Made by a program: the position numbers and the translations under genes. A stretch of DNA of 64,000 nucleotides, taken from assembly GCA_038244085.1 (NCBI GenBank), contig JBBRTX010000018.1, positions 6,621 through 70,620 of the forward strand, written 5' to 3'. Positions 36,727-45,605 of this stretch are shown here, in pieces (position 1 is the stretch's first letter; every line of letters begins with the position of its first letter). The stretch is from Bacteroidales bacterium (lineage in GTDB: Bacteria; Bacteroidota; Bacteroidia; Bacteroidales; FEN-979). The notes beneath the pieces were generated by a model. The model did no database searches. It saw only the letters and a program-made list of their open reading frames with translations, and had not been told where the DNA came from.

Positions 36727-36746
36727 GGATTTTATAAGGATTTTAT
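36727..36746 (-). promoter_or_regulatory. Candidate KdpE operator: 9-bp direct repeat with 11-bp phasing
   Basis: Plus strand reads GGATTTTATaaGGATTTTAT (minus strand ATAAAATCCttATAAAATCC), 26-45 nt upstream of the kdpF ATG. It sits directly upstream of an imperfect -7 box CAATTTTG (36715-36722, minus strand). Confidence 0.45.
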
Positions 36747-37205
36747 CAGGATAGTTTTCAGCATATAAATATTTCATAAAGATGCTGACAATATGGATAG
36801 AGTGGAAAACCCAGCCTAAAGTGATTCACTGAGAGGTGAATTGATCATTTAAAAGTAAATGTTCCGCACGCAGGATTTTTTGTCCGTAACGAAGCGGATA
36901 AAGGGTTTTCCACACTGATGAAAACTTCTTCCCAAAACAGGTAAGACCTGGAATTAGGCGGCATAAGGATTTTGATGGAACGAATGCTGCGCGAACAGCA
37001 TGGAGGGCTTTTAACGGAATCTTCACCTTGTGGGTACCCCACCGAAAAACCCTGAGGCCTAAAAAGAGCATCTTTGATTGGAGAATGGTGAGCTGATGGG
37101 TTGAGTCTGTAAATTTCGGAAATGCTTACTTTATTCCACTTTTAATTTTATATTTTGTGACGGAAAAGATTTTGAGAAGTTCGATAAATTCAGTAACAAA
37201 AAAAT

Positions 37206-37255
37206 AACTCATCAACTCATCAATCACCCTTCACCATTCGACCCGCGCTGGCCTA
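37206..37255. repeat. Degenerate member (copy C) of the intergenic repeat family
   Basis: AACTCATCAACTCATCAATCACCCTTCACCATTCgacccgcgctggcct: tandem AACnCATC/CACCATTC units followed by a GC-rich block. Compare copy B ...AACCATTCactcaggctgcgcggcct. The similarity is only moderate. Confidence 0.4.
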
Positions 37256-37350
37256 AGGCTGCTTATGCGATGAATGGTATATTACCGAAACTCAAACATT
37301 TTTTGTTGAATAAATCAGGAATTCCCTAATCCCTGACGGGGTCGGAAGTA

Positions 37351-37383
37351 TTGTCTGTCACTTGTCCGTGAGTTGTCACCCAC
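37351..37383. repeat. Three tandem 11-bp units starting with TTGTC
   Basis: The units are TTGTCtgtcac, TTGTCcgtgag and TTGTCacccac. TTGTC occurs at 37351, 37362 and 37373, exactly 11 bp apart, just beyond the 3' end of the M20 peptidase gene. Confidence 0.5.
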
Positions 37384-37395
37384 CGCGCATCTTGT

Positions 37396-38766
37396 TTATT
37401 TCTTCAACTCAGCGAAATACCTGTAAAACAAAGGAACGGTCTCAATTCCTTTATAAAAGTTGACGAGAGGGAAGTTTTCGTTGGGTGAATGAATGGCATC
37501 GGATTCCAGTCCGAATCCCATCAAAATGGACTTGATCCCCAGTATTTCTTCAAATTGGGAGATGATCGGAATGCTTCCTCCACTGCGAACGGGAATGGGC
37601 TTGATGCCAAAAGCCGTTTCAATCGCCTTGCTGGCTGCCTTGTATCCGGGGGTATTGATCGGAGAAACATAGGCCTGCCCGCCGTGCAATGCACTCACTT
37701 TTACTTTAACATAAGGAGGTGCAATAGATAAAAAGTGTTTTTCGAAGAGCTCAGCGATCTTGTTGTGATCCTGATCCGGGACCAGCCGCATTGAAATCTT
37801 AGCAGAGGCTTTGGAGGGAAGAACGGTTTTGGATCCTTCACCGGTATACCCGCTCCAGATTCCGTTAACATCCAACGAAGGCCGGATTCCGGTTCTTTCC
37901 TTGGTGGTATATCCTTCTTCACCCGAAAGTGCGTCAACCTCAATGGCGCTCTTATAATCCTCTTCGTTGTAAGGCGCTTTGGCCATCTCCTGCCTTTCCT
38001 CCAAAGTGATAAGGGTCACATCATCATAAAAACCGGGAATGGTAATTTTCCCTGAATCATCCGTCAGAGAAGCGATCATCTTTGAAAGTACATTGGCAGG
38101 ATTCGCCACGGCTCCTCCGAATATTCCCGAATGCAAATCCTTCGACGGGCCGGTAACCTCAACTTCCATGTACGAAAGTCCTCTTAACCCAATGGTAATG
38201 GAAGGACAATCCATGGAGATCATCCCGGTATCCGAGACGAGAATGATATCGGATTTCAGTTTCTCTTTGTTATCGATGCAGAACTTCGGAAGATTCGGAG
38301 AACCGATCTCCTCCTCCCCTTCAATCATGAACTTCACATTGCAGGGAAGCGAATGGGTTTTAATCATGAGTTCAAATGCCTTTGCCTGGATGAAACTCTG
38401 GCCTTTATCGTCATCGGCACCTCGGGCAAAAATTTTTCCATCCCTGACTTCCGGCTTGAAGGGTTGTGATTCCCATAATTCAATCGGGTCAACCGGCATC
38501 ACATCATAATGTCCATAAATTAAAATGGTCGGAAGGGCAGGATCAATGATCTTTTCCGCATATACCACAGGATTCCCTTCGGTGGACATAATTTCTGCAT
38601 TGTCGGCTCCCGCTTCCCGAAGTGTTTTCCTCCAATATTCAGCCGCTTTGAGCATATCATCCTTGTGTTCCGATTCAATACTGACGGAAGGGATCTTTAT
38701 CAATCCGAATAATTCCTGTAAAAACCGGTCACGGTTAGCTTCTATATATTCCCTGATATTTTCCAT
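37396..38766 (-). CDS. M20-family dipeptidase/metallopeptidase
   Basis: Contains ...IKIPSVS..., YGHYDVMP, RGADDDKGQ, MIEGEEEIGS and a C-terminal ...AIHSPNE. Start taken at ATG 38766 (MENIREYIEANRDRF), not the ORF-track start 38832. Confidence 0.88.
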   Translation of the reverse strand: MENIREYIEANRDRFLQELFGLIKIPSVSIESEHKDDMLKAAEYWRKTLREAGADNAEIMSTEGNPVVYAEKIIDPALPTILIYGHYDVMPVDPIELWESQPFKPEVRDGKIFARGADDDKGQSFIQAKAFELMIKTHSLPCNVKFMIEGEEEIGSPNLPKFCIDNKEKLKSDIILVSDTGMISMDCPSITIGLRGLSYMEVEVTGPSKDLHSGIFGGAVANPANVLSKMIASLTDDSGKITIPGFYDDVTLITLEERQEMAKAPYNEEDYKSAIEVDALSGEEGYTTKERTGIRPSLDVNGIWSGYTGEGSKTVLPSKASAKISMRLVPDQDHNKIAELFEKHFLSIAPPYVKVKVSALHGGQAYVSPINTPGYKAASKAIETAFGIKPIPVRSGGSIPIISQFEEILGIKSILMGFGLESDAIHSPNENFPLVNFYKGIETVPLFYRYFAELKK

Positions 38767-38839
38767 TTCTTTTCCTGATTTTTCCCGATTTAATAAGCAA
38801 AAAACGAAGCGCTGGTATGAGTGGAGGTGCACTCCGTTG

Positions 38840-38847
38840 CAAAGTTA
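38840..38847 (-). promoter_or_regulatory. Candidate -7 promoter box (TAACTTTG) for the M20 peptidase gene
   Basis: Plus strand reads caaagtta, i.e. TAnnTTTG on the minus strand, 74 nt upstream of ATG 38766. Confidence 0.5.
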
Positions 38848-38878
38848 CATTTTTTTGAAACGTGTTAATTTAGTTGTA

Positions 38879-38886
38879 TAACTTTG
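38879..38886 (+). promoter_or_regulatory. Candidate -7 promoter box (TAACTTTG) for sucA
   Basis: Exact TAnnTTTG match, 24 nt upstream of ATG 38910. It overlaps the ORF-track TTG start 38874. Confidence 0.5.
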
Positions 38887-38909
38887 CGATTGAAGATAAA
38901 ACCATAATC

Positions 38910-41690
38910 ATGGACAAATATTCATATCTGAATACTTCCGACAATGCGGTGATGGAGGAATTGCTGGAGAAATTCAACCGGGATCCCTCCCTGGTTGAGG
39001 AAGGCTGGAGGAAATTTTTTGAAGGATTTGAATTCGCCCGTACAAATTATAAGGCTGAAGACGGGAAGGCCTTTATGATCCCGAATGAATTCAAGGTAAT
39101 CAACCTGATTTATGCATACAGACAGAGAGGTCATTTATTCACAAAAACCAACCCGGTAAGAACCCGAAGGAAATATACACCCACACTCGATCCGGAGAAC
39201 TTCGGCCTTTCCCCCGATGAACTGCTCAAGACCTATCAGGCAGGGAAAGAAATCGGCATCGGAAATGCAACCCTTCAACAAATCATTGACAAACTGCACC
39301 AGACCTATTGTCAGTCCATTGGAGTCGAATACACCTACATCCGTAATCAGGAGATGTTTGAATGGCTGAAGAAGAAGATGGAAGGGACATCCAATACCCC
39401 GGCATTCGACAACAAAAAGAAACGTCATATCCTGGAAAAACTGTCTGAAGCGGTGATTTTCGAGAATTTCGTCCACAAAAAATTTCCCGGACAAAAGAGT
39501 TTTTCCCTTCAGGGGGCCGAATCACTAATCACTGCGCTGGATGAGATTCTGGAAAAAGGTTCAGAGCTGGGCATCCGGGAAGTGATTATCGGGATGCCGC
39601 ATCGTGGAAGGCTTAACGTGCTCGGCAACATCCTGAAAAAACCAACCCGTCAGATTTTTTCCGAGTTTGAAGGAAAAGAATATGCCGATGAAGAATTGCT
39701 TGGCGATGTGAAATATCACCTGGGTTTTTCAAGTGTGATTGCTACCTCCGGTGGATCGGATCTGCGAGTAACCCTGGCACCCAATCCTTCCCATCTTGAA
39801 GCAGTGGATCCTGTAGTTGAAGGAATAACCCGTGCCCGGATCGACAAGGAATACCGGGGAGATCAGAACAAGATCATCCCCGTTCTGATCCATGGAGATG
39901 CCTCCATTGCTGGTCAGGGGGTTGTATATGAAGTGCTGCAGATGTCAGAACTGAAAGGTTATAAAACCGGCGGGACCATTCATCTTGTCGTAAATAATCA
40001 GCTTGGGTTTACCACCAATTATCTTGACGGACGGTCGAGCACTTATTGCACCGATTTAGCCAAGACATTGCTTTGCCCGGTGTTTCATGTGAATGCAGAT
40101 GAGGTGGAAGCGGTCGCCTTCACCCTTCAACTTGCGGTAGAATTCCGGCAGACTTTTCACAAGGATGTTTTTATCGATCTTCTGGGTTACAGGAAGTATG
40201 GCCACAACGAGAGCGATGAGCCCCGTTTTACCCAGCCCATCCTTTATAAACTCATAGAAACCCATCCTGACCCGATGGAAATCTATCTGGCAAAACTCAA
40301 AGAAGAAGGGGTTCTTGAACAGTTGGATCATCCTTCCATCCAGAAAGGAATTCATGATCAGCTTGAATCCAGTTTTGAATCATCAAAAGAAATTATTAAG
40401 GGAGATATTGCACCTTTCCTGGGTGATCTCTGGAAAAACATAAAAAAGGCCACACCCGGGGATTTTCAGGAATCACCGGTTACAGCAGTTGACGAGAAGA
40501 CCCTTCTTCAAATCGGAGAAAAAATCACCGCTCTGCCCGAAAACAAACCTTTCTTTCGTAAGATCATCAAACTTCAGGAAGACCGGAGAGCCATGCTTTC
40601 CCCCGGGGCAACCCTGGATTGGGCGATGGGAGAATTACTGGCCTATGGAACGCTTGTCCGGGAGGGATTCCCGGTCAGACTTAGTGGCCAGGATTCCCAG
40701 CGGGGCACTTTCTCGCACCGGCATTCCGTCCTTACCGTGGAAGACTCAGAAGAAACCTATACGCCGCTTGAGCATGTTGCCGGAGATCAGGCGAAATTTG
40801 AGGTATTTAACTCACCACTTTCCGAATATGGCGTATTGGGATTTGATTATGGATACGCACTTGCCTCACCCGATTCGCTGACCATCTGGGAGGCCCAGTT
40901 CGGGGATTTCAACAATGGGGCCCAGGTAATCACCGATCAGTACCTCAGCAGCGCCGAGGACAAATGGAAAGTGATGAACGGACTGGTCATGCTCCTCCCG
41001 CATGGGTATGAAGGACAGGGCCCGGAGCATTCTAGTGCGCGGCTGGAACGTTTCCTGGCCATTTCAGGACATTACAACATCCAGATCGCTAACTGTACCA
41101 CGCCTGCCAATTTCTTTCATCTCCTGCGCCGCCAGTTACATCGCTCTTTCCGCAAACCGTTGGTCATATTCACTCCCAAGAGCCTGCTCAGGCATCCGGA
41201 CTGTGTGTCCCCATTAAAGGATTTCACTTCCGGTGCTTTTAAAGAAGTGATCGATGATGAGAAAGCCAATCCGGGGAATGTGAAACGGGTCGTATTTTGC
41301 AGCGGGAAATTGTATTATGACATCCGCGCTGAGCAGGAGAAACTGCAGAAGGATGATATGGCGCTGATCCGGATTGAACAATTGTATCCTTTACCGGTAA
41401 AACAACTCCGGAATATCATTGAGAAATATTCCGGAGTTGAACGTTGGGAGTGGATCCAGGAAGAGCCGGCAAACATGGGCGCCTGGAGGTATGTTTTTCA
41501 TAATTTCCTGCAGGTTCCGCTTCAGCTTACCTCGCGTCCTGCGAGCGGCAGTCCTGCAACCGGATCGAGCCGGTTACATAAGATCCAGCAGCGCCTGATC
41601 GTCGAAAAAGCCTTGGGGCAGTGTACCTGTGAAGCTGCAAATACGAGCTGCAAACTTCATTGTGCCGAGCGCGAAGACCAGGTTATCTAA
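38910..41690 (+). CDS. sucA: 2-oxoglutarate dehydrogenase E1 component
   Basis: ~926 aa with N-terminus MDKYSYLN...EELLEKF, the TPP region GMPHRGRLNVL...HGDASIAGQGVV, and SGQDSQRGTFSHRH. It carries a Cys-rich ~24-aa C-terminal tail (GQCTCEAANTSCKLHCAEREDQVI). Confidence 0.95.
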   Translation: MDKYSYLNTSDNAVMEELLEKFNRDPSLVEEGWRKFFEGFEFARTNYKAEDGKAFMIPNEFKVINLIYAYRQRGHLFTKTNPVRTRRKYTPTLDPENFGLSPDELLKTYQAGKEIGIGNATLQQIIDKLHQTYCQSIGVEYTYIRNQEMFEWLKKKMEGTSNTPAFDNKKKRHILEKLSEAVIFENFVHKKFPGQKSFSLQGAESLITALDEILEKGSELGIREVIIGMPHRGRLNVLGNILKKPTRQIFSEFEGKEYADEELLGDVKYHLGFSSVIATSGGSDLRVTLAPNPSHLEAVDPVVEGITRARIDKEYRGDQNKIIPVLIHGDASIAGQGVVYEVLQMSELKGYKTGGTIHLVVNNQLGFTTNYLDGRSSTYCTDLAKTLLCPVFHVNADEVEAVAFTLQLAVEFRQTFHKDVFIDLLGYRKYGHNESDEPRFTQPILYKLIETHPDPMEIYLAKLKEEGVLEQLDHPSIQKGIHDQLESSFESSKEIIKGDIAPFLGDLWKNIKKATPGDFQESPVTAVDEKTLLQIGEKITALPENKPFFRKIIKLQEDRRAMLSPGATLDWAMGELLAYGTLVREGFPVRLSGQDSQRGTFSHRHSVLTVEDSEETYTPLEHVAGDQAKFEVFNSPLSEYGVLGFDYGYALASPDSLTIWEAQFGDFNNGAQVITDQYLSSAEDKWKVMNGLVMLLPHGYEGQGPEHSSARLERFLAISGHYNIQIANCTTPANFFHLLRRQLHRSFRKPLVIFTPKSLLRHPDCVSPLKDFTSGAFKEVIDDEKANPGNVKRVVFCSGKLYYDIRAEQEKLQKDDMALIRIEQLYPLPVKQLRNIIEKYSGVERWEWIQEEPANMGAWRYVFHNFLQVPLQLTSRPASGSPATGSSRLHKIQQRLIVEKALGQCTCEAANTSCKLHCAEREDQVI

Positions 41691-41693
41691 GAT

Positions 41694-42530
41694 TTACATA
41701 TGGATTGTGTAGGTCAGACCGGAGATGGTCACCGTAGCCGTGTCTTCACAGGTTCCGGCTCCATAATCGAGAACGATTAAAGGCAGATCCTGAACGACAA
41801 AGTTGATTACGCCCTTCTGAATCCATTGACAGTTTAGTGTACGCTCCAGGGGCGTTTCAATGGTTGCCGAATAGGTCTTGTTATCCGAGCTTACTCCGCT
41901 CGTAGTCCCGGTCATTCGATAGGTATCATCCCACCAAATACCAATGGTACCTTCTCCTTCAATCCATTCCAGGTTGTGAGAAGAAATCCATGTAATTGTT
42001 CCTCCATTATTGGGCTTAATGATCTGCCCGTCGACAACGATCGACCAATTGAGATGATCGGCGGCATTCCTACCCAAATTCGTCACAGTTTTTGTTCCCA
42101 ATACCTGGTGATCGTTTACGAAATAATTTTCGAAGGTATAAGCAATCACCGTTCCGGTTGCCCAATAAGATCCGTTAAATGAGACAAAGATTTTCCCCCG
42201 GCGGTAAATCTGATCCAGGCACAGGCAGTTGGATGCGCCGAAATCGATGGTCAGAACATAAGGTACAGCACTCAGATCGAGCGTTGCCAACACACAGGTT
42301 CCCATCCAGATGGTATCCGACAACGTAGCTTTTGATTTGGATTGTTGCATGGCCTGATCAGACCAAACTTTCACATTATCGAAGATATTCTGCGCCTGTC
42401 CATCATCAGAGACCCAGGTGGCATCGGAAGGTTTAACGGTTGTTACGGCCTTATCCTTTTTACAGGAAGTAAAAGAAATGGCCATAACCATCATAAGTAA
42501 AATAACGGAAATTGCTGTTTTTGTTCTCAT
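41694..42530 (-). CDS. Lipoprotein of unknown function
   Basis: 278-aa ORF with signal peptide and lipobox (MVMAISFTSC). The mature part is rich in Thr/Gly/Trp with several Cys, and I recognise no motif. It converges on sucA with only 3 nt between the stop codons. Confidence 0.6.
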   Translation of the reverse strand: MRTKTAISVILLMMVMAISFTSCKKDKAVTTVKPSDATWVSDDGQAQNIFDNVKVWSDQAMQQSKSKATLSDTIWMGTCVLATLDLSAVPYVLTIDFGASNCLCLDQIYRRGKIFVSFNGSYWATGTVIAYTFENYFVNDHQVLGTKTVTNLGRNAADHLNWSIVVDGQIIKPNNGGTITWISSHNLEWIEGEGTIGIWWDDTYRMTGTTSGVSSDNKTYSATIETPLERTLNCQWIQKGVINFVVQDLPLIVLDYGAGTCEDTATVTISGLTYTIHM

Positions 42531-42607
42531 GGTCAGATTGGTTTAGGTTTATATTCGAAATAAAAAGGTTTCAGGCTTGGAAGATGACAAAGGGGTAGAA
42601 ATGAGCA

Positions 42608-42623
42608 TATATTTGTACCTTTG
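42608..42623 (+). promoter_or_regulatory. Two abutting -7 boxes (TATATTTG, TACCTTTG) upstream of sucB
   Basis: Two exact TAnnTTTG matches at 42608-42615 and 42616-42623, about 106 nt upstream of ATG 42729. Confidence 0.5.
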
Positions 42624-42728
42624 TTTTTATTTTGGAGAATCGTCCCGATGAGTAGATAAGGATAACGAATAAAAATGTTTTTTAATATACGCGATTCCAT
42701 TTTTTAATAAAAAAACAATAAAAAGTCC

Positions 42729-43970
42729 ATGATCTTTGAGATAATTATCCCGAGTCCGGGCGAATCCATTACCCAGGTGCAACTTGCCAAATGGCTTTGC
42801 AATGACGGAGAACAGGTAGAAAAGGATCAGGAGGTGGTGGAAATCGATTCTGATAAGGCCTCCTTCCCTCTGTCGGCTCCCGAAAACGGGTTGCTGAAAA
42901 TTTTGGTTAAGGAAGGCGAAACTATCGCCGTAGGAACGGTAATCGCCACCGTCGATTCTGTTGCCGAAGCCGGAAAAAAAATCTTAAAACCTAAGGAAGC
43001 CGAACAAAAGTCGGGTAAGTCTGAAGAGGCGGTAAAACCAATCCGGACCAACCTGAAAGGCACTTCTGAAATAATGGCAGGAGCCAAAACCATTTCTCCG
43101 CAGGCAGAAAAGATCATTGAGGAAAAGAAGCTGAACCGCGAAGAGATCTCGGGCAATGTGCAGTCGAAAAGAATCAGAAGCAAAGATGTTCAGCAGTTTT
43201 TATCCGGCAAAAAAAACGAATCAGGTTCAACCGTTTATAGCAGGAATATTGAAAGAAAGAAGCTCTCCACTTTACGGCTTAAACTTGCGGAAAGATTAGT
43301 TGCCGTTAAGAATCAAACTGCCATGCTAACCACTTTCAATGAAGTGAATATGCGTGCAATCATAGAAATCCGGAGCAAATACGGACAGGCTTTTTCAGAA
43401 AAATATGGCATAAACTTAGGATTCATGTCCTTTTTTACAAAAGCTGTATCCCTGGCTCTGCTGGATTTCCCACAAGTAAATGCAATGATCGACGGCGAAG
43501 AACTGCTGATTCCCGATTATCATGACATCGGGATTGCCGTCAGCGCTCCGAAAGGTCTGGTTGTTCCCGTTATCAGGAATGTCAATATAATGACCATACC
43601 GCAAATCGAAATCAGGATCCGTGAACTGGCAGAAAAGGCCAGGAAAAGTCAGATCAGCCTTGATGAGATGCAAGGGGGAACGTTCACGATCACCAATGGT
43701 GGCATTTTCGGCTCAATGATGTCTACTCCGATACTAAATCCGCCGCAAAGCGCCATTCTTGGTATGCATAAAATCATGGACCGTCCGGTGGCAGTAGACG
43801 GGAAAGTTGAAATTCATCCGATGATGTATCTTGCCGTTTCGTATGACCACCGGGTAATCGACGGGAAGGAATCGGTCGGGTTCCTGGTGAAAATAAAAGA
43901 ATATATCGAAGATCCGATGAAAATGCTCACGGAAGGGGAAGATCCTTTCGGCATCCTGCTGGATCTCTAG
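42729..43970 (+). CDS. sucB: Dihydrolipoyllysine-residue succinyltransferase (2-oxoglutarate dehydrogenase E2)
   Basis: 413 aa with lipoyl domain [13 protein letters not shown], an Ala/Pro/Lys linker, a subunit-binding domain, and a catalytic domain with [11 protein letters not shown]. Confidence 0.93.
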   Translation: MIFEIIIPSPGESITQVQLAKWLCNDGEQVEKDQEVVEIDSDKASFPLSAPENGLLKILVKEGETIAVGTVIATVDSVAEAGKKILKPKEAEQKSGKSEEAVKPIRTNLKGTSEIMAGAKTISPQAEKIIEEKKLNREEISGNVQSKRIRSKDVQQFLSGKKNESGSTVYSRNIERKKLSTLRLKLAERLVAVKNQTAMLTTFNEVNMRAIIEIRSKYGQAFSEKYGINLGFMSFFTKAVSLALLDFPQVNAMIDGEELLIPDYHDIGIAVSAPKGLVVPVIRNVNIMTIPQIEIRIRELAEKARKSQISLDEMQGGTFTITNGGIFGSMMSTPILNPPQSAILGMHKIMDRPVAVDGKVEIHPMMYLAVSYDHRVIDGKESVGFLVKIKEYIEDPMKMLTEGEDPFGILLDL

Positions 43971-44028
43971 AAAAATTTGAAAGCCACTATTATCTTAACC
44001 GGAAGACTTACTTCCAGCCGCCAGTAAA

Positions 44029-45603
44029 ATGAGAAAAGAAGTTGATTTTCTGATCATCGGTTCCGGGATAGCCGGGTTGACATTTGCCTTAAAGGTCGCC
44101 GACCATGGAAAAGTTTGTATCGTGACCAAGTCAAAGCTGGGGGATACCGCAACCAGTTACGCGCAGGGTGGAATCGCTGCAGTGACCTATACTCCTGACA
44201 GTTACGAAAAACACATCCAGGATACCATCATTGCCGGGGATGGATTGTGTGACGAGAAAATTGTCCGCATCTGTATTACCGAATCCACAGAAAGAATCCG
44301 GGAACTGATTGCATGGGGGACCAAATTCGACAAGACCACTTCCGGTAAATATGACCTGGCCAAAGAAGGCGGGCATTCCGAGTATCGCGTACTTCATCAC
44401 AAAGACAGCACGGGAAAAGAAATTGAAGATACGCTGATCGAACAGGTCAGGAAACATCCCAACATAGATATCATGGAAGATTATTTCGCCATTGATATCA
44501 TCACCCAGCATCATCTTGGCATTGAGGTGACCCGGAAATCCAAGGATATAACCTGTTACGGGGTTTACCTGATTCAACCCAAGACCCATCATGTGGATAC
44601 CATCCTGTCAAAAATAACCCTGATAGCGACAGGAGGTGCGGGACATGTTTACAGTACCACTACAAACCCCCGGATCTCCACTGGCGACGGCATTTCGATG
44701 GTGTACCGGGCAAAAGGCACCATCGAAAATATGGAGTTTATTCAGTTTCATCCGACCGCCCTATATTATCCTGAAGAAAAGCCCTCCTTCCTGATCTCAG
44801 AAGCCCTCCGGGGATTTGGAGCCATTCTGAAAACCACTGATGGCAAGGAATTCATGCAGAAATATGATTCCCGCCTTTCCCTGGCTCCGCGAGATATTGT
44901 GGCAAGAGCGATTGACAATGAATTGAAGTTGTCGGGCGACGATTATGTTTATCTCGACTGTCGTCATATTCATAAAAATGACCTGATCAGTCACTTTCCG
45001 ACGATCTATGCAAAATGTCTTAGCATCGGAATCGATATTTCCAGGGATATGATTCCGGTGGTTCCTGCCGCTCATTATACCTGTGGCGGGATCAAAGTGG
45101 ATGAATTCGGAAGAAGTTCCATTGCCAATCTTTACGCTTCAGGCGAATGTGCCTGCACCGGATTACATGGCGCAAACCGGCTGGCTTCCAACTCACTGCT
45201 CGAATCACTCGTATTTTCCCACAGGGCAAGCAAGGATGCTATGGAAAGGGTGAAAGATATCACTCACCAGGAGGGCATACCCGACTGGAATGCAGAAGGG
45301 ATGGTGTATAACGAAGAGATGATCCTCATTACGCAGTCGTTAAAAGAATTGCAATCCATCATGAGCAGCTATGTCGGGATTGTGAGGTCTAACCTGCGTT
45401 TGCAGCGCGCCTTCGACCGGCTGGATATCCTGTACCACGAAACCGAGGATCTCTATAACCGATCAATCCTTACGCCCCGTATCCTCGAAGTCCGTAACCT
45501 GATCAACATCGGGTACCTTATCATCAGGATGGCCCAGAAACGGCATGAAAGCAGGGGTTTGCATTTTTCTCTCGATTTCCCCAGAACGAATAAAATCCTG
45601 TAA
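44029..45603 (+). CDS. nadB: L-aspartate oxidase
   Basis: 524 aa with FAD motif DFLIIGSGIAGL, SYAQGGIAA, HPTAL, GGIKVD and ANRLASNSLLE. Confidence 0.93.
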   Translation: MRKEVDFLIIGSGIAGLTFALKVADHGKVCIVTKSKLGDTATSYAQGGIAAVTYTPDSYEKHIQDTIIAGDGLCDEKIVRICITESTERIRELIAWGTKFDKTTSGKYDLAKEGGHSEYRVLHHKDSTGKEIEDTLIEQVRKHPNIDIMEDYFAIDIITQHHLGIEVTRKSKDITCYGVYLIQPKTHHVDTILSKITLIATGGAGHVYSTTTNPRISTGDGISMVYRAKGTIENMEFIQFHPTALYYPEEKPSFLISEALRGFGAILKTTDGKEFMQKYDSRLSLAPRDIVARAIDNELKLSGDDYVYLDCRHIHKNDLISHFPTIYAKCLSIGIDISRDMIPVVPAAHYTCGGIKVDEFGRSSIANLYASGECACTGLHGANRLASNSLLESLVFSHRASKDAMERVKDITHQEGIPDWNAEGMVYNEEMILITQSLKELQSIMSSYVGIVRSNLRLQRAFDRLDILYHETEDLYNRSILTPRILEVRNLINIGYLIIRMAQKRHESRGLHFSLDFPRTNKIL

Positions 45604-45605
45604 AA

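Noticed and set aside
36565-36777. 70-aa minus-strand ORF upstream of kdpA.
   Set aside because: It overlaps, in another frame, the KdpF-like peptide (conserved LGYLxYxL...F C-terminus) and the proposed kdp promoter. Its product has no membrane or other recognisable character.
36938-36962. caggtaagacctggaattaggcggc resembles the SRP (4.5S) RNA domain IV core (AGGUCAGGUCCGGAAGGAAGCAGC).
   Set aside because: There are too many mismatches in positions that are nearly invariant in bacterial SRP RNA. I could not find a complementary 3' strand to form the long helix.
36826-37071. The orphan ORF segment FLGLRVFRWGTHKVKIPLKALHAVRAAF loosely recalls the FLGF...K.R... region of group II intron or retron reverse transcriptases.
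   Set aside because: The resemblance is a few residues only. There is no YxDD or other RT motif in any frame nearby, and no domain V-like hairpin with an AGC triad. It is kept only as part of the unexplained-spacer finding.
37179-37185. GTTCGAT, a T-loop-like heptamer that might mark a tRNA in the long spacer.
   Set aside because: The flanking bases cannot form a T-stem, and no acceptor or anticodon arms can be drawn. No other tRNA-like pattern was seen in any spacer.
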